From: Candidatus Nomurabacteria bacterium
Lineage (GTDB): Bacteria; Patescibacteriota; Minisyncoccia; Phycocordibacterales; UBA9973
Direction: 5' to 3'
NCBI GenBank assembly: GCA_023267435.1
Contig: JAHFNH010000003.1
Coordinates: forward strand, 12,717-76,716
Length of the DNA: 64,000 nt
Position 1 is the stretch's first letter; each line of letters opens with the position of its first letter. Under the pieces are notes generated by a model, which did no database searches, had not been told where the DNA came from, and saw only the letters and a program-made list of their open reading frames with translations. The position numbers and the translations under genes are program-made. Positions 57,003-64,000 of this stretch are shown here, in pieces.

Positions 57003-58778
57003 ATGGATAAAAACGAAAAAATACACAATATGAGGCATACCCTCGCACATCTATTAGCCGCCGCTGTTTTGGAATTATACCCAGACACTAAAAATACCAT
57101 CGGACCATCTATCGAAGACGGATTTTATTATGACCTAGATTTTACCTCCCCTATCTCTGATAAAGACCTGCCAAAAATAGAAAAAAAGATGCGTGAACTT
57201 CTAAAGACTTGGAAAGAATTCACTCACGAAGAAAAAACAAAAGAAGAAGCTGAAAAATATTTTGCAGGCAATGAATACAAACTCGAACTTATAAAAGAAA
57301 TTTCTGATAAAGGAGAAAAAATAACTTTCTACACTTGTGGGAAGCTTGCCCCGTCCATGGCGGGGTTTACCGACCTTTGTCGAGGCGGACACTTGGAAAA
57401 TCCAGCAAAAGAAATAGATGCAAACGCTTTTAAACTTGACCGCGTAGCTGGAGCTTACTGGCGAGGAGATGAAAAAAATAAAATGCTTACTCGTATTTAC
57501 GGACTAGCCTTTGAAACAAAAGAAGAATTAGATGCTTATTTAAATCAAAGAGAAGAAGCTAAAAAAAGAGATCATAAAGTTATCGGTCCGCAAATGAAAT
57601 TATTTACTATCTCTCCTCTTATTGGTCCAGGTCTTCCACTTATGCAACCTCGTGGAATGATTATCAGAAAAGAAATCGAGGACTATCTTTGGAAGATGCA
57701 TTCAAAAAAAGGTTACCAGCGTGTTTGGACTCCTCATATTGCAAAAGTGGAATTATATGAGACATCGGGACACGCGGCTAAATTTGGTGATGAACTTTTT
57801 AGAGTTCAAGGAAAAGAAGACAGTTTCATTCTAAAACCTATGAATTGTCCTCATCACATGCAAATATTTGCTGACAACCAATTCTCTTATCGAGATATGC
57901 CGTTGCGTTATTTCGAACCAGCGACAGTGTACCGTGATGAAAAATCCGGACAATTAGGCGGGCTCACTCGCGTTCGCGCTATCACCCAAGATGATGGACA
58001 CCTTTTCTGCACAACTGACCAAATAGGAGATGAAATAAAAACAATCGTTTCCATTATTAAAGATTTCTACACAACAATGGGATTGATAAATGGATATTGG
58101 GTAAGACTGTCTTTACGTGGAGATGATAAAACAAAATATCTCGGCTCTGACGAAGTATGGGAAAAAGCAGAAGGAGCCCTGACAAAAGTCTGTGAAGAAG
58201 AAAAACTTCCTTACAAACCAGCAAAAGACGAAGCTGCTTTTTATGGACCAAAATTAGACTTTATGTTTAAAGACGCTATTGGCCGTGAATGGCAACTCGC
58301 AACAGTACAGTGTGATTTCAATTTACCAGAAAGATTTGATTTGAGTTTTACAAACAATGAAGGTAAAAAAGAACGCCCTGTCGTTATCCATCGAGCTATT
58401 TCCGGATCACTTGAAAGATTTATGGGTGTGATGATTGAACATTTTGCCGGCAACTTCCCTGTTTGGCTTTCTCCTGTACAAGTAGCCATAGTGCCTGTGA
58501 GAGAAAATCATATCGACCTAGCAAAACAAATCGGAGACATATTTAAAGAAAAAGACATTAGAGTAGATATTTTAGATTCAAATGATTCACTGGGTAAACG
58601 CATCAACCACGCAAAAGCCAGTAAGGTTCCGTATGTTATTGTCCTAGGTGATAAAGAAAAAGAATCCAATACTTTAACTGTCGAAAAACGCGACGGAACA
58701 AAAATAGAAAATATTTCATCTGAAGATTTCTTAAAAGAAGTGGTAGAAAAAGTAAATTCAAAATCTTTAGAACTATAA
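57003..58778 (+). CDS. thrS: Threonyl-tRNA synthetase (no N-terminal TGS domain)
   Basis: RHTLAH, DLCRG.H, KPMNCPHH, RVRAITQDDGH, FYGPKLD, IHRAISGSLERF. Confidence 0.97.
   Translation: MDKNEKIHNMRHTLAHLLAAAVLELYPDTKNTIGPSIEDGFYYDLDFTSPISDKDLPKIEKKMRELLKTWKEFTHEEKTKEEAEKYFAGNEYKLELIKEISDKGEKITFYTCGKLAPSMAGFTDLCRGGHLENPAKEIDANAFKLDRVAGAYWRGDEKNKMLTRIYGLAFETKEELDAYLNQREEAKKRDHKVIGPQMKLFTISPLIGPGLPLMQPRGMIIRKEIEDYLWKMHSKKGYQRVWTPHIAKVELYETSGHAAKFGDELFRVQGKEDSFILKPMNCPHHMQIFADNQFSYRDMPLRYFEPATVYRDEKSGQLGGLTRVRAITQDDGHLFCTTDQIGDEIKTIVSIIKDFYTTMGLINGYWVRLSLRGDDKTKYLGSDEVWEKAEGALTKVCEEEKLPYKPAKDEAAFYGPKLDFMFKDAIGREWQLATVQCDFNLPERFDLSFTNNEGKKERPVVIHRAISGSLERFMGVMIEHFAGNFPVWLSPVQVAIVPVRENHIDLAKQIGDIFKEKDIRVDILDSNDSLGKRINHAKASKVPYVIVLGDKEKESNTLTVEKRDGTKIENISSEDFLKEVVEKVNSKSLEL
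57342..57365. repeat. Palindromic element in frame within thrS
   Basis: aagctt followed by ccccgtc-cat-ggcgggg; encodes KLAPSMAG just before FTDLCRG. Confidence 0.6.
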
Positions 58779-58842
58779 AAACTCAAATTTGATTTTTATA
58801 CAAAGAGTTGTATAGTTAGTAAAGAATTAAAAATTTAATAAA

Positions 58843-59355
58843 ATGGATATAGAAAAAACACTATTACATGCAACAGTTTGCTACCTCATAGAGGGTAAAC
58901 AAGTATTGCTCGGTATGAAAACCGACAAGATTGGCAAAGGTTGTTGGAATGGCTACGGAGGTGGAATTGAACCAAAAGAAACTCAGTTGCGAGCAGCTAA
59001 AAGAGAGTTAAAAGAAGAGTGCGGAGTAAGAACTTTTCAAAAACATCTTAAAAAAGTCGCTATAATTGATTTTCATAATACAAAAAGTGACGGCACTACT
59101 TTCGTATGCAGAGTACACTTTTATATTACAGAAATTTGGAGAGGAATTCCAAAGAAATCAAAAGAAATGGAAACTCCAACATGGTTTAGTTTCAAAAAAC
59201 TTCCGATTGAAAAAATGATGCCAGCTGATAAACAATTTTTACCATTAATATTAAGCGGTAAAAAAATAATTGCTAAAGCTAAATACGGCCCATTTCAAAA
59301 AGAACTTTTAGAACCAATGGAAATTAAAGAAGTTGATTCTCTGCCAGAAAATTAA
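58843..59355 (+). CDS. NUDIX hydrolase (MTH1/8-oxo-dGTPase-like)
   Basis: WNGYGGGIE.KET...AAKRELKEECG, EM..P.WF, MMPAD. Confidence 0.85.
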   Translation: MDIEKTLLHATVCYLIEGKQVLLGMKTDKIGKGCWNGYGGGIEPKETQLRAAKRELKEECGVRTFQKHLKKVAIIDFHNTKSDGTTFVCRVHFYITEIWRGIPKKSKEMETPTWFSFKKLPIEKMMPADKQFLPLILSGKKIIAKAKYGPFQKELLEPMEIKEVDSLPEN

Positions 59356-59390
59356 AAAGGATTGCAACATTATTTATTGCAATCCTTTTT
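59355..59390 (+). terminator. Intrinsic terminator
   Basis: ggattgcaa...ttgcaatcc followed by a T run. Confidence 0.8.
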
Positions 59391-59462
59391 TTATTTACTT
59401 GCAAAAATTTATTTGTCATGGTATTGTAAATAAAAATAGTAATAATCTTAAAATCTTTTATT

Positions 59463-59675
59463 ATGTTTGGTGAAAAAGAAAGTCAGCAAGTTATCACCTG
59501 TATTTGCAATAAATGTAAATCGGAAAAAAGAGTTTCACTTCTACTTGGTGTAATAACTTCTTTTTTTTGTGATAAGTGTCAAAAAGATGTTTCAGATTTT
59601 GAAACAAGACCAGTAATGATTCCTGCATCGAGCAGAGAATACAATCCTTTCCGAGAAGACATGGAAAGATGGTAA
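59463..59675 (+). CDS. Small zinc-ribbon-like protein
   Basis: CNKC...CDKC; own promoter-like element and a terminator at 59688-59716. Confidence 0.55.
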   Translation: MFGEKESQQVITCICNKCKSEKRVSLLLGVITSFFCDKCQKDVSDFETRPVMIPASSREYNPFREDMERW

Positions 59676-59726
59676 AATTTTAACAAAAAAAATCCCCGAC
59701 ATAACGGGGATTTTTTATTACTTATT

Positions 59727-61781
59727 TTAAATATCAATCTTTGCGAGTTTGGCGTTTGATTGAATGAACGATTTACGAGGAGGGACTTCAGAACCCATGA
59801 GAATGTCAAATATTTTATTTGCTTCTTCAGCATCATCGATATTTACTTTTTTAAGTATGCGGTGAGCAGGATCCATTGTCGTCTCCCAAAGCTCTTCCGG
59901 GTTCATTTCTCCGAGACCTTTATATCTTTGAATATGTACTTTAGTAGATTTCTTTTTTATTTCTTCTTCTGTCTCCTCTCCTTCTGGAGTAGCAACTTCA
60001 TCTTCTAAATTTTCTATTTCCATATTACCCTCGCCGGCTAATTTAATTCTTTCTTCATCAGAATAAGCATAACTAATTTGTTTGCCTTTCTTTATTTTAT
60101 AAAGTGGAGGCTGAGCAATGTAAATATATCCTGCTTCTATCACCTTTCTGAAGTATCGATAGAAAAGAGTTAAAAGAAGAGTCGCAATGTGCGCACCGTC
60201 CACGTCGGCATCTGTCGCAATAATTATTTTATGATAACGCATTTTTTCTATATCAAAAGTATCTCCGATCGAAGCACCCATCGCAATAACCAAAGACTTC
60301 ACTTCTTTCGAAGCAAGCATCTTATCAATACGAGCACGCTCCACGTTTAAGATCTTTCCGCGAAGCGGTAGAATTGCTTGTGTACGTCTGTCGCGTCCCT
60401 GTTTAGCAGAACCTCCCGCCGAATCTCCCTCCACTAAGAAGAGTTCTGATTCTTCGGCGCTCTTACTCTGACAATCTGCAAGCTTTCCGGGCAAAGTCAT
60501 ACCTTCCAATGCACCCTTTCGAAGCACAGAATCTTTCGCTGCCTTAGCCGCTTTACGCGCCTTTAAGGCTAAAATTGACTTGTTAATTATAGATTTAGCA
60601 CTATCTGGATTCTCTTCCAAGAATGCGGAAAAAGCTTCACCAAAGACTGTTGCCACAGCACCCTGAGCTTCCATCGAACCAAGTTTTGCTTTAGTCTGTC
60701 CTTCGAATTGAATTTCGCGAAGTTTTACAGAAATAACAGCCGTCAAACCTTCCAAGACATCGTCTCCTGTGAATCCCCCTTCGGATTCTTTCATCATTTC
60801 ATTTTTCTTGCAGTAAGTATTGAGTGTTCGAGTTAATGCTGTTTTAAAACCAGTCACGTGTGTTCCGCCTTCTGGGTTATAAATATTATTAGCGAAAGGA
60901 ATTATTCTGTCTACTATATCGTCAACATATTGCAAAGATATTTCTACCCCCACTCCATCTAATTCTTTGTTCACATAAAAAATCTCAGAATGAATTGGTT
61001 TCTGGAATTTATTATAATATTTGATAAGTGAAGTCAGTCCACCTTCAAAATAAAAAGCGACAGACGGTACTTCAAGTCCTAATTCTCTGAAGTAAAAAAT
61101 ATCAGAGTCATTTATCTTGCCTGCATATTCTCGCGCATCGATTATTAAAATCTTAAGTCCGCGCACCAAATACGCTTGCTGGCGAATATGATTCACAACT
61201 GTATTCCAATCAAACTTCACTCCCTCTTTAAAAATTTCTACATCCGGTTCGAAAGTTATAATGGTTCCATTTTTTTTAGAAGTTCCTACTTTTTTAACAG
61301 ACGCTTTTTTCTTTCCTTGGCTGTATTCCTGCATAAACTTTCCGCCATCATGATGCACTTCTGCTTTACAATAAATAGATAGAGCGTTCACCACCGAAGC
61401 ACCCACTCCGTGCAAACCTCCGGAAACTTTGTAACCGGAATCTTCCCCGCCGAATTTTCCTCCGGCGTGGAGCGTGGTCATAACTGTCTCAAGAGCTGAC
61501 ACTTTTGTCTTTGAGTGAATATCAGTCGGTATACCTCGGCCGTTATCAGCGACGCGAATACGATTGCCCGGAAGCAGAACCACTTCAATATCATCAGCAA
61601 AACCTCCCATCGCTTCGTCGCGAGAGTTATCAAAAATTTCCCAGACTAAATGGTGCAAACCTTCCGGTCCAGTGGTACCGATATACATTCCAGGGCGTTT
61701 ACGAACTGGTTCCAAACCCTCCAAAATAGAGATCTGTTCCGCACCGTATTTTTGTTTCTTTTCCTCTTTTTCTTTTGCCAT
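59727..61781 (-). CDS. gyrB: DNA gyrase subunit B
   Basis: VRKRPGMYIG, LHAGGKF, GGLHGVG, EGDSAGG, PLRGKILN, DADVDG, QRYKGLGEM. Confidence 0.97.
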   Translation of the reverse strand: MAKEKEEKKQKYGAEQISILEGLEPVRKRPGMYIGTTGPEGLHHLVWEIFDNSRDEAMGGFADDIEVVLLPGNRIRVADNGRGIPTDIHSKTKVSALETVMTTLHAGGKFGGEDSGYKVSGGLHGVGASVVNALSIYCKAEVHHDGGKFMQEYSQGKKKASVKKVGTSKKNGTIITFEPDVEIFKEGVKFDWNTVVNHIRQQAYLVRGLKILIIDAREYAGKINDSDIFYFRELGLEVPSVAFYFEGGLTSLIKYYNKFQKPIHSEIFYVNKELDGVGVEISLQYVDDIVDRIIPFANNIYNPEGGTHVTGFKTALTRTLNTYCKKNEMMKESEGGFTGDDVLEGLTAVISVKLREIQFEGQTKAKLGSMEAQGAVATVFGEAFSAFLEENPDSAKSIINKSILALKARKAAKAAKDSVLRKGALEGMTLPGKLADCQSKSAEESELFLVEGDSAGGSAKQGRDRRTQAILPLRGKILNVERARIDKMLASKEVKSLVIAMGASIGDTFDIEKMRYHKIIIATDADVDGAHIATLLLTLFYRYFRKVIEAGYIYIAQPPLYKIKKGKQISYAYSDEERIKLAGEGNMEIENLEDEVATPEGEETEEEIKKKSTKVHIQRYKGLGEMNPEELWETTMDPAHRILKKVNIDDAEEANKIFDILMGSEVPPRKSFIQSNAKLAKIDI

Positions 61782-61806
61782 AAAACTTAGATATTATAGC
61801 AGAAAA

Positions 61807-63006
61807 CTACTTAACTTCATACCCTTTTGTGCCGCCTTTATGAAGCTTGGGATATGCCATTTCATACAATTCTGCAGCTTCTTTTTTAGTTAAAGTTTTA
61901 TCAGGATGCCTTAGAATAATTCTCACTAAAACATTATCCTGATCTTCTTTTGCTCCGAGTTTTTCTCTAGCAACTGGATGTAATTTTTCGTATGGAGTTC
62001 TTTCTAATATTTTAACTTCTTCGAGTAAATCACTCTGGTCACCGAAGACATTTCTAATATATTCGCAAATATCTTCCTCTGTGTCGTTTTTATCGACAAT
62101 ATAAGACATATCGCGAGATATTGCCGGCTGATCAGAAACATTTTTAAATTTCTCCATATCAGTCATTTGTTTAATCACTCTTGGATCGACAGATCGTATG
62201 AGTCTGATATCTGGCAAATTCTTTCTCGCCATAATCAATCTTTCTACTCCCATACCTAAAGCAAGCCCTGAATATTTTTCTGAATCTATTCCGCAATTTT
62301 TTAATACTTCTGGATGAGCAAGTCCTGCCTCAAAAACTTCTATTTCTTTATCATCAACTTTTGCATAAACTTCTATACCATCAACAGTATAAGGATGCTT
62401 GGCTTCATAAACAATCATCTCGGCATCTGGGCAAGCAGCTTCGAAAACAGTTCGTGCCAATTCCAATAAATTTTCTCTGTTAACCTTTCCATATTTTTCA
62501 TTATCCTGAAGTGTCCAAATATCTATCTGATGAAATACATCCAAATGTCTAGGGTCAATAACATCTCGTCTGTACACCAAACCTGGAAGGACAAAAGTGG
62601 AGCGGTCGATATTTTTTTCAAAATTTTTAAAAGTTGATGGAATTAATGCAGATGTGTGAGTTCGAAGCACATGATCTTCATCTGTATATCGAGTATAAGT
62701 GGAAGACCTTCCCGGATTCCCAGGAGAAAACAGAAGACTATCGAAATTGTCTTCTGCGAGAACTATGGGATTACCTCTCACAACACGTATATCGGAAAAA
62801 TTATGTTCAGTTAATTTTTTTATAACTTGATCATAAACCTTGCCTATTATGTTTCTCTCTTCTCCATTTTCTGTCGGTAAAGTTAAATCTTTTACAGATA
62901 AAAGTTTTTCTATTACTTCAGGAGAAGACACCTCAAATTTAAGTTGCATTGGTAAATCTGGGTTTTCTTTTGGAATTTCTATTTTTGCTTTTTCTAGACT
63001 AGTCAT
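61807..63006 (-). CDS. Single-chain PheRS-like ligase (alpha catalytic domain + ferredoxin-fold anticodon-binding domain)
   Basis: NFDSL, LRTHTSA, VYRRD.ID..H..VFHQ, HPYT, GLALGMGVERL; C-terminal ISRDMS...RHPDKTLT. Confidence 0.85.
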   Translation of the reverse strand: MTSLEKAKIEIPKENPDLPMQLKFEVSSPEVIEKLLSVKDLTLPTENGEERNIIGKVYDQVIKKLTEHNFSDIRVVRGNPIVLAEDNFDSLLFSPGNPGRSSTYTRYTDEDHVLRTHTSALIPSTFKNFEKNIDRSTFVLPGLVYRRDVIDPRHLDVFHQIDIWTLQDNEKYGKVNRENLLELARTVFEAACPDAEMIVYEAKHPYTVDGIEVYAKVDDKEIEVFEAGLAHPEVLKNCGIDSEKYSGLALGMGVERLIMARKNLPDIRLIRSVDPRVIKQMTDMEKFKNVSDQPAISRDMSYIVDKNDTEEDICEYIRNVFGDQSDLLEEVKILERTPYEKLHPVAREKLGAKEDQDNVLVRIILRHPDKTLTKKEAAELYEMAYPKLHKGGTKGYEVK

Positions 63007-63013
63007 ATTTTTT

Positions 63014-63271
63014 TTAATAAGGCAATTTTTTTCTTAAATGATAATTGTTGTCGCCGTCATGAATTAAGGTTAAATCATGATTCAATCCATTCTCAGGATC
63101 ACGAACTTCAAAATGAGCTTTGTGATTTATAAGATCTCTGCGTGCCACATCAAAAAAAACTTCGGCTTCAGATTTATCGAGCTTTTCTGCTAAATAATGC
63201 ACCGCGACATTGAGAGTGTGACTGCTTTCGTCGTATTCAACATTAAAACCATGGATATTTGTATTTGTCAT
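63014..63271 (-). CDS. Hypothetical protein
   Basis: 85-aa ORF with TATAAT 6 nt before the ATG; 7 nt upstream of the PheRS-like gene. Confidence 0.65.
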   Translation of the reverse strand: MTNTNIHGFNVEYDESSHTLNVAVHYLAEKLDKSEAEVFFDVARRDLINHKAHFEVRDPENGLNHDLTLIHDGDNNYHLRKKLPY

Positions 63272-63384
63272 TTAGGCATTATACACCAAAAAATCTCTTC
63301 TCAAAAGAGATTTTAAATGGCCCTAAAGGACTGCGATTTCTACAGATTGGTTACAATCTAAGAAATCGGGAGTATAATAGAAAA

Positions 63385-63480
63385 ATGAAAAAAACTTATT
63401 GGATTTTAATTATATTGGCAATATTTTTCGCCCTTTTGGGTCTCTATTTAGGCTGGTTAGACAATGGACCAAGCTTTTAA
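63385..63480 (+). CDS. 31-aa single-TM small protein
   Basis: MKKTYWILIILAIFFALLGLYLGWLDNGPSF; TATAAT 6 nt before the ATG. Confidence 0.55.
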   Translation: MKKTYWILIILAIFFALLGLYLGWLDNGPSF

Positions 63481-63601
63481 AATGAACGACATTCTGAGAG
63501 CTATTGACTTTTTCTCAAAATACTATAAAATACTTAGTGAATTCAGAAAATAAAGTATAAACCAGAGTGGCTGCACAGCTCATTCACAAATTAATAAAGA
63601 T

Positions 63602-64000
63602 ATGAAGAAAGCTCGTTTTACCGCCCTAAGTTGGGCATTTGTGACTTTTATGGCCACGTTTATTGTTTACGGCATTATTTCTTTGCCCGCTATGGAAGAT
63701 ATATTGCCAGCACAGTTCCCTTTGATCGCAAAGGTCAATGTAATATGTTACAGTCATTTTCCCAGTATCAACCCGTTTATTTGTATTCTTTTATTATCTT
63801 GGTTTGTTTTTTCTCTTAAATATATTTTTGAAAGAAATAAAGAATATTACAAAGTATTCGAGAAAAAAATTTACGCTGAAGTAACGAAGGGAATAATTAC
63901 CGGAATGGTTATCGGGATAGTTAGCGGAATTATCGATAAATCTATTTTTTCCACAATCAACGGAATGATAATCGGGATGATTGTCATAACCGTCTACGAA
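63602..64000 (+). CDS. Hypothetical membrane protein (runs off the window end)
   Basis: Open frame MKKARFTALSWAFVTF... with no stop before 64000; TTGACT promoter-like element upstream. Confidence 0.65.
   Translation, partial: MKKARFTALSWAFVTFMATFIVYGIISLPAMEDILPAQFPLIAKVNVICYSHFPSINPFICILLLSWFVFSLKYIFERNKEYYKVFEKKIYAEVTKGIITGMVIGIVSGIIDKSIFSTINGMIIGMIVITVYE

Noticed and set aside
1443-63819. Many short antisense or overlapping ORFs in the track (e.g. 3568..3900, 18702..19025, 24346..24723, 28012..28386, 29919..30305, 56203..56583, 61564..61893, 63631..63819)
   Set aside because: They are shadows of well-supported genes on the opposite strand or frame and carry no motifs.
1-64000. Alternative genetic code (UGA=Gly, as in Gracilibacteria/Absconditabacteria)
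   Set aside because: Conserved genes are uninterrupted under code 11, TGA terminates genes (e.g. the kinase at 13371), and an SPF-type RF2 is present.

Overview
AT-rich, gene-dense bacterial chromosome segment using genetic code 11. Gene content points to a Patescibacteria (CPR) genome, probably Parcubacteria/Nomurabacteria-like; this is inferred from the shortened RF2, SMC and ThrRS, the NusB-NUDIX fusion and the many orphan genes. Housekeeping genes: fmt, hpf, pyk, eno, mltG, pyrG, ftsEX, prfB, trmD, khpA, rpsP, rnr, smc, rnc, nusB, rpmF, thrS, gyrB, a single-chain PheRS-like ligase and three tRNAs (Gln-CTG, Thr-CGT, Thr-GGT). Accessory modules: (i) a hydroxyacid dehydrogenase/glycerate kinase/enolase/minimal pyruvate kinase block; (ii) an OmpR-type two-component system whose probable direct-repeat binding box recurs at three promoters, including that of a flavinylation (FMN-binding/ApbE/RnfD-like-reductase) + ECF sigma + MacAB-like operon; (iii) an EamA exporter + Cys-rich protein + unknown cytoplasmic protein + orphan multi-TM histidine kinase cassette, a candidate signalling system; (iv) a sortase and LPxTG-anchored ice-binding-family protein between two tRNA-Thr genes; (v) a lycopene-cyclase-domain/racemase/SET/MFS cluster. 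Non-coding signals include pervasive leaderless-type promoters, GC-rich twin-hairpin elements in UTRs and in frame inside rnr and thrS, and duplicated tRNA 5' ends. No CRISPR array, rRNA, integrase or transposase was seen. All calls are by eye from motifs, with no database searches.
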